This document shows positions 13,846 to 26,285 of a stretch of 64,000 nt of DNA, piece after piece. Within the stretch, counting starts at the first letter, position 1; each line of letters starts with the position of its first letter. Source of the DNA: Mobula hypostoma (taxonomy: Eukaryota); contig NC_086097.1 in NCBI RefSeq assembly GCF_963921235.1, positions 108,130,001 to 108,194,000 on the forward strand, in the 5' to 3' direction. The notes beneath the pieces are model-generated. The model ran no database searches. It was not told the DNA's origin and saw only the letters and a list, made by a program, of their open reading frames with translations. The position numbers and the translations under genes are program-made.

Positions 13846-14082
13846 GGCAACACAGTTGCTTAGCAATTAGTGTAACATTATTACAGTACCAGTGACCTGG
13901 GTTCAGTTCAGCCACTGTCTGGAGATTGTGTGTTCTCTCCATGGCTGCATGTGTTTCCCCCAGCTGCTCTGGTTTCTTCTCACATTCCAAAAACTTTTTG
14001 AGTTAATAGGTTAATTAGTTACATGAGTGTAACTGGGTGGTGCGGGCTTATGGGCCGGAACTGTCTGTTACTGTTGTATCTC
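13846..14082 (+). mobile_element. V-SINE, degenerate
   Basis: Similar to the 12019-12286 copy (tRNA-like head and V-domain). Confidence 0.65.
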
Positions 14083-15030
14083 TTCAGGAAAAAAACAAGT
14101 GCTGGTCCTCTTCTTCACTTTGAGTTGACAATGACTTTCGGCTTTGCCTTCAAACTTGTGAAATCTTGTGTCTTTAGGATACTGGATTAATTTCCTTCCG
14201 TGCATGGCCCACCCACAGAAGGCACTGGCAAGATGCCCGTGGAAGGATAAGGGAACCAATGTTAGTGACGTCTCTTAGGCCAACAGCTCCAGTAATGGGT
14301 TCTGAGTTACATTCAGTCAGTTGTGACAGGCAGTCTGTATCATCTGCATGTCCAACAGCACACTCCTGAAACAACCATGAAGTGAAAGGTCATCAACCAG
14401 AAATGTTTACTTGCTCTTGTTTCGAGTGAAACTGGCTGAGAATTCCCACCATTTTCTGTTTTCATTTTTGATTTCCAATATCTGGTGTTTTATTTTTACC
14501 TTTTCCAAAACTGCTTTGAGCTCCATCATAGAGTCATGGGGAAGTAAAACACAGAAACAGGCCATTCGGCCTATCCAGTCTGTGCTGGGCCTTTCAAACT
14601 GCCTGCTCCCATCGGCCTGCACCAGCACCATGGCCCTCCATACCCCTACCACCTATGTGCCCATCCAAATTCTCTTAAATATTGAAATTGAGTTTGCATG
14701 CACAACCTACCCAGGCAGCTTGAGTCATGGGAAAAGATTGCCAAGTGCACTGGAAAAAAACATTTAAAGAATATTCTTAAATCCTCTTGAAAAAGAATCT
14801 TAAAGCCTCTTTGGGCAAAGTAAATAGCCAAATTATGTGAATCACTGATTCATGAGCATGATCAATGGGATGTACTGAGAATCTTGAGGTAATTCATCAG
14901 GCTGTTGTGTAAACTGTGGAAATAGAGCATCACCTCTTCAAAGTTCCCAGCTGTCCACCACATCCAGCACTCCTGCCCAATCTGTAATTGAAAGTGTGCT
15001 TTCCATTTTTGCTGATCACACTTTCAAATA

Positions 15031-15268
15031 GGTGTGGCACAGTCGCATAACAATTAGTGTAACATTATTCTAGCACCAATGACATAGGGTCGATTCCAGC
15101 TGCTGTCAGTAAGGAGTTTACCCTGTCACTGCATGGTTTCCTCCAGGTGTTCTAGTACCCTAGTACAGGTTAGTGGGTTTAATGGTCACGTGGGTGTAAT
15201 TGGGCGACACAGGCTCATTGGGCCAGAAGAACCTGTTATTTTGCTGTACTTTGAAATCAATAAAATAA
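15031..15268 (+). mobile_element. V-SINE, degenerate
   Basis: Head 'ggtcgattccagctgctgtc', then 'ggtttcctccaggtg', and an AATAAAA tail. Confidence 0.65.
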
Positions 15269-15606
15269 CCCAGTGAACCAGAGCCGAAAGAAGTCATCCT
15301 CGATTCTCCCCAAGATCAAGAGTCTTTAGAGATGTAGCATTGCAGGATGATATCTGTTACCAGGAACTTAACGATGCTTGAGTCACCAAGTGATGAAAGT
15401 CTCTATGAAAGTTCATCAGATGCCAACTGTTTATAAATAGTAAATATCTTGATGAGCTTATGATCAGAATTATAACTTGATTCAAAAGCACAGATACATT
15501 GAATCCATATTTAAACATGTCTGTTCTCTACAGTTTATTTACACTTTCTACTTGGAACTTTTGAAACAAGTACAAATATACTAGACAATACTCAGTCAAG
15601 TTAATT

Positions 15607-15805
15607 ACAAACAAGAGAAAATCTGCAGATGTTGGAAATCTAGGCAACACACACAAAATGCTGGAAGAACTCAGCAGGCGAGGCAGCATCTATGGAAAAG
15701 GTCTCCTGATGAAGGGTCTCGGCCTGAAACGTCGACTGTACTCTTTTCCATAGATGCTGTCTGGCCTGCTGATTTCCTCCAGCATTTTGTGTGTGTGTGT
15801 TGCTG
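15607..15805. mobile_element. Fold-back PLE derivative with a hammerhead core in the loop
   Basis: TSD AGTTAATT at 15599-15606 and 15806-15813, with inverted arms of about 55 bp. CTGATGA-AGG-gtctcgg-CCT-GAAA-CGTC lies at 15706-15733. Confidence 0.8.
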
Positions 15806-16919
15806 AGTTAATTGTCTAATGTGGCTCCTGTATCATTTCTGGGGTATAATTCCTGCTTCAAGCTGGTTTTAAATGGTTAGTTGATAATTGAAACTAATTA
15901 ATACCTTGGCTAATTAAAATGTTGCTACCTCATTGTCAAACTTACTGCTGAAAAATGTCTGCACTTTCATGGTGCCGTGATTATTTAGTAATTTAATCAA
16001 TGCTAAGTAACATTGAGTAGTTTCACACTATTTAAATAATAGTTTGTTTTTTTTTCCCCCAACTAGCAGATTAGCTTCACATCTCCCCATGTTACATTCC
16101 AACTGCTTATTTTTATATCACACACTTATCCTGCCAGTGTGTCCTTGCTGGCTGTTTGATACAGCAATTGGAGCTGATGGCTTTGGAGGAATATTCTTCC
16201 TATGGTTGAGAAGTGACCTGGGTCACTATGAAATGCAACAATTTCTGGGTTGTGTCATGTTTGTAGGTTTAACCTTTGTTGAGATGCTATCTTCTTCAAC
16301 CTCAAATATAAGCTCTCACATGCCTGGACTGTTCTGACAGTCGAGGTCAATGTGACGGTCACAACCATTCCATACTGTATTTCACATTGTGCTGCTAAAC
16401 ACATTATTATATATGGAACTGTTTAGCTATGGGAGCAGAATTTGGCAATCTTGCAGGCATACCCAATGGAAGGACTCTGACTATTCACATAGACATTCAA
16501 GCACCTGTTTGGAACCAAGAGTACTTCACTAAGGGATTCTATTCAGTTAAACAACAATTTTCAGTGATCAGGACGGGAAGCTCACAAGCATTTGAAGATA
16601 TCCCATTGGCTCAATAATTCCTTCCTTCCTGTGATCATAACTGTTTGTTGTCTTTCAGGGTCACCCTGTCTCATAGGATGTATTTTGCAGGATAAATGTT
16701 AGCTGCTCCTGTACCAACAACACAGTGAGCTTTAGGCCCCACTCCTGCTCAAGGACCCAGCAGCTCATTCAAAGCTAAGAGGGCAATAGCCCTAAATCAG
16801 CACCATCAACCCCAGGAGCCTGCTATCAAGTTATTCAAAGAATCACAGGAGGTACCTATTGTCCTAAGTTAGTCAAAATGGACTTTCCACTTAATTCTAA
16901 GCACATTAAGAGCCAAAAT

Positions 16920-17870
16920 TAAAGCATAACATTCAAACCAACACTGCATCTGCAGCAAGGTGGATGAATTAATGGCATAAATAATTGAAAATAGGATTTA
17001 TTTCATTTCCTTTAAAGATGTGTGGCTGCAGGGTGACCTTAACTGGGAACTAAATATTCCAGGGTACTGAAAGTTAGGATGCACAAGAGAATGGGAGGAG
17101 GAGGTGGGGATGACATCAGTACTGTCTTTAGAAAGTATCTTGTCTTGGCAGACTGTGGTGTAGAATTAGAAACACAGAAAAATCAGCAGGATGCAGAAAA
17201 TATCGGTGGGAGTTGTTATGGGCCTCTGAATAGTAGTTCTGATGTAAGAGCACAATAAAAATAAGGAAGTTGGAGTTGTGAGTATGCAGTAATCATAGGA
17301 ATACAGTCTAGGCAATTTAGTGCGAATGACGTAGCAAATTAATTCCTGGAGTGTATACAAAATGGATTTCTATATCAGTATGATGAGGAAGGAAAGGCTA
17401 TTTTAGATTTTTTAACTACACAACAAGAAGGGTAAATTTAAAACCCTGCTGTAAAGGAGTCCGCAGGAAAAAGTAATGATACCATATAAAAAGCAGCACA
17501 CACAAAATGTTGGAGGAACTCAGCAGGCCAAGGAGCTTCTATGGAAATGAATAGATAGTTGATGTTTCAGGCTGAGACCCTTCTTCCAGACTGAGAAGGA
17601 AGTGGAAAGATGCTAAAATAAAAAGGTGGATGAGGGGTGGAGGAGAAGGAAGCTAGTCCTGAAGAAGGGTCTCATCCCAAAATGTTAACTATCTATTGAT
17701 TTCCGTAGATGCTGCCTGATTTGCTCAGTTCCTCTACCATTTTGTGCGTGTTGCTTTGGATTTCCAGCATCTGCAGACTTGCTAGTGTTTTTAGCATATG
17801 ATAGAATTTTGTATTAATTTTGTACGTGATGTATTTTAATCTGAGATTATGGTTTTCAATTGAAACAGAA
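16920..17870 (+). mobile_element. Very old CR1 APE-region fragment, interrupted by an inverted PLE derivative (about 17495-17790)
   Basis: Degenerate similarity to 3600-4260. The nested inverted repeat has two decayed hammerhead cores (about 17557-17592 on - and 17655-17692 on +). Confidence 0.6.
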
Positions 17871-18610
17871 TCAGGTTTATTATCACTGTAAGGTCATGGT
17901 ATTTGTTTGGCAGCAGAGTACAGTGAAATAAGTAAAACAAAATCTAAGTTAAAATAAGAAATGTTAACAATAAGTAATAGTGCAAGAAGAGAACAAAATA
18001 GCATGTTTTGGATTGATGGATCATTCAGAAATCTGATGGCGGAGGGGAAGAACCTGTTCCTAAAACGTTGTGTGTGTGTTTTTAGCTTCCTGTATCTTTT
18101 CCCGAATGGTAGTAATGAGAAGAGGGCATGTCCTGGATGGTGAAGGTTCTTAATGATGGGTGCCATCACCTTGAAGCATCACCTATTGAATATGTCCTTG
18201 GTGGTGGGGACACCAGATGGAGCTGGTTGACTTCTCCAATCCTGCACATTGGAGCCTCCATACCAAACAGTGATGCAACCAGTTAGAATGCTCTCTATGG
18301 TACATCTGTAGAAAGTTTCTGGGGACTTGAGTGACATATCAAATATCCTCAAACTCCTAATGAAATATAGCTGCTGATGTTCCTGTCTCACATCAATATG
18401 TTGGGTCTAGGATAGATCTTTAGAGATGTTTACACCCAGGAATTTGAAGCTGTTCACCCTTTTCACTGTTGACACCTTAATGAAGACTGGTGTGTTTTCT
18501 CCTGACTACCCCTTCCTGAACCCCACAATCATTGACTTGGTCTTACTGATGACAGGGCAAAGTTGTTGTTGCAACACCACTCAGCCAGCCAATCAATCTC
18601 ACTCCCATAC
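17865..18610 (-). mobile_element. Rex1/Babar-like LINE 3' fragment
   Basis: Minus-strand ORFs 'FYRCTIESILTGCITVWYG' and 'HPGHALFSLLPFGKRYR'. Confidence 0.75.
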
Positions 18611-18884
18611 ACTGCTTGTCTGCGAACAGAAGTTACGTCATCAGCAAACTTGTAGTTTGTATCCTGCTAATCATTCAATAGATTACAGATCTTGCCTCTG
18701 TTCATACACACAGTGTTATTCATTGATTCTTCAGCATTTTAGTACCAAAGCCACAAGATTATGGAAAAGAAAAAATAAAAGGCGTTTATCATCCAGTCAG
18801 TGGTGTCTCCAGCTTCTCTTAAGTTTTCAGGCATACAAGTGGAATGCACATGGTCACAGGAAGTCACTGATTTCCCTTAAAATT

Positions 18885-19400
18885 CAAAGTTCAATGTAAA
18901 TTTTATTATCAAAGTACATATACTTCCCTATATTCAGCCCTACGATTCATTTCCCTGTGGGTATGCTCAGCAAATTTATAAAATAGGAGCTATCACAGAA
19001 CGATGAAAGATCAACCAGAGTGCAGAAGATAACAAACTATGCAAATGCAAATATAAATAAATAGAAATAAATAACAAGAACATGAGATGAAGAGTCCTTG
19101 AAAGTGAGTCCATTGGTTGTGGGAACACTTCAATGATAGGGCAAATGAAGTTAAGTGTAGATTTTTGTTCTCCTTTTGTTCAAGAGCCTGATGGTTGAAC
19201 TGTTCCTGAACCTGGTGGTGGAGTCCTGAGGCTCTTGTACCTTCTACCTGATGGCAGCAACAAGGAGAGAATATGTCCTGGGTGGTGGTGATCCCTGATG
19301 GTGGATGCTGCTTTCCTATGCCAGTGTTTCGTGTACATGTGCTCAATGCTTGGGAGGGCTTTACCTGTGATGGACTGGGTCACAGCCCACTGTAAAACTG
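18885..19400 (-). mobile_element. Rex1/Babar-like LINE 3' fragment
   Basis: 'AASTIRDHHHPGHILSLLLPSGRRYKSLRT' plus the shared 3' UTR and AATAAA tail. Confidence 0.7.
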
Positions 19401-19694
19401 GTTGATTCATTATTACATTCAATCACATCAGACTGGGTTTTATACCGCCTTCTAATCATATATTGGCATGGTGTAAACATCCTCTTGGCAAATGTGTTTC
19501 ACCATTATCCAGCTGTACAGTTGTTGAGCCTTTGAGTCAAATATCTAGATGTTTTGCCTCTATAAAAGTCAGAAGAACAAGGTTACTATCTGGATGTTGT
19601 AAATGGACCAAAGGTTCATTTGAATGGATGTTCATCGCCATAAATAACATGCAATGCACAACATCATTTAAATGTGGAGATACTGGGTTCTCCT

Positions 19695-19960
19695 CCAAGA
19701 CGACCACAACCTTGACATAGAGTTTGGAGGCTTACATACCTCAATGACCCAGAGAGCTATGTTGCCTGGAGTCAAAGTTTTGTGCTTTGACTCTTGGTAG
19801 GGTTACCAATGCCTAACAGGTCAAAGAGTAAACCTGGTCCACCAGGTTCGGGTATTAAGCTCAGAGATAATAACCCTGACTGGTTAAATTTTTTTTATTG
19901 GAAACAACAATGAAGGATCCTTGCACCATCATTGCTGCCCTAAATGCCAGCGGCGTAACA
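19695..19960 (+). mobile_element. RTE-clade 5' UTR-like fragment
   Basis: Motifs 'ctcaatgacccagagagctatgttg...ggtagggttaccaatg...caggtc...ctggtccaccaggttcggg...aaccctgact' resemble RTE/BovB-type 5' UTRs (recognised from memory). A 9-bp hairpin lies at 19769-19793. Confidence 0.45.
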
Positions 19961-20301
19961 GGGAGTAACTAACTAATGACTAGGATATGAGACTTAAGTC
20001 AATATCGCCCTTGGTCTCTACAGTTATTGATGAAAGCTTGGACCTGACCTAAACTTTTGTGTTCTAAGGCACAATGAAAGCGAGAGGACATTGGTATTTG
20101 TGAAGGATATGCTTAGCAGGAATCCATCAATGGCTACAGTTCTATCAGTGGACGGCCATCATTGATTTCTGAGTGCTTGATATTTCACAGTAAAGAAGGC
20201 ATTATGAATGCTACAGCCCTTTGCAATAAGCTATTTTGTGCTCTGACAACCAATGAAGAAATTTATGATACAGTATTTCTGAAGCCATTTATTTTCACCA
20301 G

Positions 20302-20499
20302 AGTGAATGGACTACTAATGGGACATGAAACACAGTGCCTTGACCCTATCACCTTGCCAACGTCTAGTTTCACAAAGGTAAAGAATTGTAAACTTGCAAA
20401 TGTGAAAGATGTTCATGCTGGGAGAGCCCAAGGCAATTGGAGACAGATTCCTCATAACCTAATGGAGTTTGATGATGTGACAGACACAAGTGCCGTCAG
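20302..20499 (+). CDS. Candidate internal coding exon of an unidentified host gene
   Basis: Pyrimidine tract plus CAG acceptor, donor AG|gtaaaa, 198 bp. The frame is open (VNGLLMGHETQCLDP...DDVTDTSAV) and the context is non-repetitive. Confidence 0.35.
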
Positions 20500-20618
20500 G
20501 TAAAATCGGATTCTGAGCTAGCATTGAAAATGGCAACAAACTTATTTTTGGACACACCATGTTAGGAAGGAATAAATTATTTTGATCCTGTACTTCTATC
20601 CTGTGGTTTTATTTTCAG

Positions 20619-20664
20619 CAAAGGCATTCACCGTCAGCCTCAGGAGCAGATGTCAAAACACCAG
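20619..20664 (+). CDS. Candidate small exon, phase-compatible with 20302-20499
   Basis: Acceptor ttttattttcag; frame (S)KGIHRQPQEQMSKHQ; weak donor CAG|gttgca. Confidence 0.25.
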
Positions 20665-20849
20665 GTTGCATTAGTCTCATTTCCTGCATGAAATATAAGC
20701 CTTCCCATGAAACACACTAGATCAAATGTAACAGCTTTAGTCTTGTACTTCTGAAAGATGTGCATTTATTTATCAACATAAAAGACCTTCAAATCATGTT
20801 AAAGGACAAGACAGTTTAAATGAAAATGAAACCAAGCTGAAACAATTTC

Positions 20850-21590
20850 CTTGTCCATTCGTCCCTCCCCACTGATCTCCCTCCCGGCACTTGTCCTTGC
20901 AACTGGCCTAAGTGCTGCACCTGCTCAGATACCTCCTCACTCACCTCCTTTCGGGTGAGGCAACACTTCACCTGCAAATCTGCTGGAGTCACCTATAGTG
21001 TCTGGTGCTTCCAATGCAGCCTCCCCATTGTAAGTTGGGGGATCACTTCATCATGCACCTCTGCACCATCCACAAGTAGGGTTTCCCAGTGGTCACACAT
21101 TTTAATTCGGATTCCCATTCGGACATTTTGGTCCATGGCCTCCTCTTTTGCCATGATGAGGCCACTTTCAGGGTGGAGGAGCAACACCCTGTCTGGGTAG
21201 CTTCCAACCTAATGGTATGAATATCAATTTCTGCTTCTGGTAAGCAAATTCCACACACCCCACCCCTTCCTCTATTCCCCACTCTGACCCTTTACCTCTT
21301 CTCATTTGTCTATTACTTCCTCCTGGGTCCCCTTCTCCTTCCCTTTCTCCTATAGTCCACTCTCCTCTCCTATCAGATTCCTTCTTCTTCAGCCCTTGAC
21401 CTTTCCCACCCACCTGGATTCACCTATTATCTTCCAGCTAGCCTCTTTCCCCTCTGCCCATCTTTTTATACTAGTGTCTTCCCCTTTCCTTCTCAGTCCT
21501 GCAGAAGGATCTCAGCCCAAAATGTTGCCCATTTATTCATTTCCGTAGATGCTGCCTGACCTGCTGAGTTCTTCTATCATTTTGTTTGAA
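20850..21590 (+). mobile_element. Neptune-type Penelope-like element 3' portion (Cys-rich linker, GIY-YIG remnant and pLTR)
   Basis: 'PGTCPCNWPKCCTC', 'VRQHFTCKSAGVTYSVWCFQCSL', 'PVVTHFN' and 'LQPNGMNINF'. A decayed hammerhead lies at about 21495-21530. Confidence 0.8.
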
Positions 21591-21741
21591 TTGTAACAGT
21601 CATTTCAGTCCAAATATGCGTCCTTCTTAATTGGTGCCATTTGTTAATACACTAACACCTTCACGATGTTGTAATGCTATTGTGTAGCTGTCATTTGCCT
21701 GTTAGAGGGATAACCCCCTCCAGGTAGGGATTGGGTTGCCA

Positions 21742-22020
21742 TGGCAGCGATTATCATGATGCTACTGCAGCTGGAGTTTGGAGTTCAATTCCGACGCCGT
21801 CTGTAAAAAGTTTGTACGTCCCGTGATTGCGTGGGTTTCCTCTATGTGCTCCAGTTTCCTTCTACATTCCAAGGATGTACGGGTTAGTAGGTTAATTGGT
21901 CATTGTAAATTATCCTACAGTTAGGCTAGGGTTAAATAGGTGGGTTTCTGGGTGGTGTGGCTCATTGGGTTGGAAGGGCCTGTTGTGCTCTGTATCTCTA
22001 AATAAAATAAGTTTAAAAAA
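21742..22020 (+). mobile_element. V-SINE
   Basis: GAGTTCAATTCC B-box, V-domain 'gcgtgggtttcctctatgtgctccagtttcc', and a tail 'tgtatctctaaataaaataa'. Confidence 0.75.
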
Positions 22021-24189
22021 TATATATTAGATGCCTTGTAATTGTCAGCCATGGAGGATTGGCTACGGATATGGGTCACTGGCAGGGGAAGTGCCTGAGA
22101 GGTTTTGGCTGAAGGGGAGACCCTGAGGTCCTGCCAAATAACAATTGCATCCTGACATCCTGTTTTCTCTGCTCCCCGATGGCTGCAGTGAGTCAACTCT
22201 CCATCCATGCAGTCCAGCAGTGTGCTCGCTCGAAACTGATCTGTTACTGACATAATTGCTGGGCTCATCTCCAAGTGAGTGCTGGGTGTGATGGAAGCGA
22301 GTGTGCAGCTAGTGGTGCTCCCTTTTTCCTTTGCCCCTGCCTGTTCTGGTAGAGGAGGTGACAGATTCCTGAGGCTCACATAGTGTCTGGTTACATGGGT
22401 GCATCTGGTGCCTCCCTGGAAGCAGACGCAGCTCCATTTCCAGTGGTGTTTCCTCAGCATTGCTGGTGCCTGACTTAAAAAGTGCATGTCATGTGACTGT
22501 GTATTTGAGCTCACTTGGGTCCAAGCTACACAACAAGATGCTGGATTGAGCCCTCTGCAATTCAGATTGTCTCTTACGGCCCAGACTCTGGGGTGCACTG
22601 CCTGCGAAGGTTTCAGAGGTAGATATTTTTAGTGGTATCTTCAAGGTATAGAAGGAAAGAGACTAAATGCTGGTAAGTGGGATTAATATGTATAGATACT
22701 GATGGTCCATGTGGACATGATGTCCAATTGCGTTTCTGTGGTACATGACCATAATCAAGCATCCCAGTGTGCATGCCCTTGTATTTTTAATCTAACTGGC
22801 TCCCTGTGATGGTTCTCATTGTTTCCAGAGCAGTTCAACAGCATGGAAAGGCTTCTACCTAGCTGGCACAGTGTCTCTCCATGCACACCTGCCTGGCATT
22901 AGCCCATTAGTGCCAGACATGTCTCCTCTCATGAATTGTACCACCTTTACTCTGCCATCCCCTTGCAGTGCCACTTGCTGAACTAATGTTTTGTTGGATA
23001 GTCACAATTTTGCAACACTCTTTACACCTTCCCATGTCCTGAAGTGATAGTTCCTTCTCCTACTGATACTCAACTGGGTAGTGGTAGTTCACGTCACCCC
23101 GTCAGCAACTATCTTGCAAAGACAAGGATAGAACATTCAGCATGGCTTTAACAGTCTATAATATCATTTTTATCTTACTAAATGTAGCATTCCTTAAATG
23201 TAAGAATTGTCCAAAGTTCATATTGGAACACTTTGCTCACCAGATGAAAGATCGATGCTACTCTTTCTATAACTTACTCTTGTCTCTAATGAGTCTTAGA
23301 ATTTATTGTACTATTTACTTTTTAAATGTCTTGAGTGAAATGGCTTCACTGCATCTGCCTGGTAAACAATGCTTTGTACAATAATTCCTAATGGACATAC
23401 AGTGACATTCATTGCTGATGACTTGTAAGCCAATATCAATTCTTGTGTTTGTTTACTCTTTTATCCAGAATATTTGGTCCACAAATTTCAGGCATTCTTA
23501 AAGCTGGACATTAATCTCACCTTCTCTTGATAAACAACAAGCCCCTTTACATTTTCCCGTAGTTAAAATATACCTAGCCTTCCACCTGATACCTTAAAGA
23601 ATGCAGTTCCATTTTAACTCTATAATGTTGTTCCCAATGAATGCTTCCACATCAATTTTTTTTATGCTGGGTTACGAGCTAGTGATCTCTTTGGAAACTC
23701 ACTCAGCAGAAGGCAGTGGCAAACCACTGCTGTCATTTGCTTCGTACGCAGTTCCCCACTATGTCAGAGAGGCGTGGAGGGAAATTGACCGCTAACCGGA
23801 GAAACTCCAGATGTGACATACCTTTACCTTTGGGATGTGGGAAACGTGGTAAGGCCATCATTTAATGTCCAAACTGGAGAAGATGGTGAGTCACTGTATC
23901 ATAATGGTGGAAGTACTTCCGCATTGCTGTTGGGTACAGGGTTTCAAGATTTAGATCCAAATGACAGTGAGGATGTGGTGATGAGTATTAAATTTGGGAT
24001 GATGTATAGTAGTAGATACCCTTCTTCTCCTGGGTTGTAGATGTCTTAGGCTTGGGACTCTGTGGTTTAGATTATTCAAGTAACTGTATGGTGTGCTGGT
24101 GGCAAATGGAATGAATGTTGCATGTGGTGGATGAGGTGCCAACCCAGCAGGTGGTTTTGTCCTGCATAGTGTTGCGATTTCTACATCAA

Positions 24190-24890
24190 TGATGCTGAGG
24201 ATGAAAAGATTGAGAGTTTTATGTTCTTAGGAATGAACATCACTGGTAGTCTGTCCTGGTCTAACCACATTTATGCCAAGGTCAGAAAAGCTCACCAGTG
24301 CCTCTGCTTCCACAGGAAACTAAAGAAATTTGGTATGACCCCTTTGCCCTCTCCAATTTTTATCAATGTACCACAGAAAGCATGCTATCCAAATGTATCA
24401 CAGCTTGGTATGCCAACTGCTGTGCCCATCACCACAAGAAACCACAGAGAATCGTGGACACAGCTCAATACATATTGGAAAGCAGCCTCCCCTCCCCTCA
24501 TAGGCTTTTGTCTATATTTCTCACTGCCTTAGCAAAGCAGCCAGCATAATTGAAGACCCTACCCACCACCGACATTCTCTCTTTTCCTCTCCTCTCCAGA
24601 AGATACAAAAGACTGAAGGCACATACCACCAAGTTTAAGGACAAATTCTATCCCACTGTTACAAGACCATTGAATATTTTACTAGTTTGATAAGATCTTG
24701 ACTTCACAATTTACCTCATTATGATTTTGCTGCATTTAACTGTAACACCTTATTCTGCATACTGATAGTTTTATCTTGTACTTTGTCAATGCTCTGTTAT
24801 AATGAATTGATCTACGTTTGTATATGGAGAATATGCAAGACAAGCTTTTCATTGTACCTTAGAATATATGACAATAATGAACCAAATTAC
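24190..24890 (+). mobile_element. Rex1/Babar-like LINE 3' fragment, old
   Basis: 'FLGMNITGSLSWSNHI...KAHQCLCFHRKLKKFG' and 'NFYQCTTESMLSKCITAWY'. Confidence 0.7.
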
Positions 24891-25369
24891 CAGTTTACTG
24901 TAAGTGTTCTGTGGCCCCATTGTTTAACGAGGTTGGATCCCCTTTCTAATTAGAATGATGTGAGATTACTAATTGCAGTAGACCACAATGGTTCTAATGC
25001 CCTGCCCATCTGAGAGCTGCCAGGTGTGTTCTGTTCCCTTTGGCAACACTGGTTAGGGAATCCTCTGTAGGAGAATCAGAAGCTGTTTCCACAGTGTCTG
25101 TGCAGGGTGCAATCCCATCAGTGCTCCACTGGAGAGCCGTAACTGTAACAGATAAATAGGTTAAGATGAAGTTAAGCAGAATATCTTTGTTGGTTTGATC
25201 ACCTCCTACTGTGGAAACCATCTCACAACTATGTTCTTCAGGGCCACGGTTGCTTATCCCTGGCTAGGGGGAAAGGGAAGTCATGATATTCCTTGCTGAT
25301 CTCATTGCTTCTGCACAAAGTTTACCAGAACTGAAGATCACTGATTCATTGAAAGAGAAGGCATAAAAT

Positions 25370-26285
25370 GGAGCAAAGATTGGGGAAAATTTCAGAAACT
25401 AATAAGTGAAGAAAAAATAGATTGAAAGTAAGTGAACATGAAAAACAAATAAAGACGGTAAGAGCTTCCGAAAGATAAATATAGCTAAGGTAAACATTGA
25501 TTCCATAGAGACTGGGGAATTAATGACAGGAAATAAAGGAAATGGTTGAGATTTTGAACAAATACTTTGTAACTGTTTTCACAGAAGTAGGTAGTAAAGC
25601 ACATTGAATTCTTCCAAATCCCAGTTGATTTGGAAACTCTTACCTTCCCCTACACTCGCGCGCACAGACTAATACACAGTGTTCCCATTTGGGGAAGGAG
25701 GGAGGGAGGTAGAAATCAGCAAACGACAGTGCTGGTAGATGTATATCTGCCTTTGGAAAGTGCTAGAATCCATTAAGGAGGCAAAAGTAAACTCAAGCCG
25801 AGTTGACATTGTTTTTTGAAAGGGAAATTGTGTTTGACAAATTCATTATAGTTCTTTAAGAGTGTGGATAAAGGGGAACTGGGAGATGTTTATTTGGATT
25901 ATATATAGATATTTGAAAAGTGTATTTTGAAGTTAAAAAAAAATTATGGTCAAAACCAAAATTTATGGCAAGGATGTTAATATGGCACGGATTAAAATAG
26001 AAAATGGTGTTATTTTCCATTTGAAAATCTGCAATTATTGATGTCACAAGGATCGCAGCTGGGGCCTTAACTATTTCCTTTCTGAATTCAACACTAAGTG
26101 TACTGCAGTCAGATTTGCTGATATACAAGAGTAGATGGAAAGGCAAGGGATACAGATAGGTAAAATAAGTGGGCAAAGATTTAATGGAAGGAATAGAATA
26201 TGTGGAAATGTGAAGTGATTCACTTCAGTCTTAAAAATAGAAAAACAGAGTGTTGCATGAATGGAGAGATGCCAATATCCAGTTT
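25370..26285 (+). mobile_element. Very old CR1 RT fragment
   Basis: Degenerate collinear similarity to 4500-5740. Confidence 0.55.

Noticed and set aside
13259..13895. Pro/Ser/Leu-rich ORFs of 100-200 aa
   Set aside because: They arise from the low-complexity pyrimidine-rich pLTR of the Penelope-like element.
21921..22598. 225-aa minus-strand ORF
   Set aside because: No recognisable domain, a non-ATG start, and it runs into an antisense V-SINE. Probably a chance ORF.
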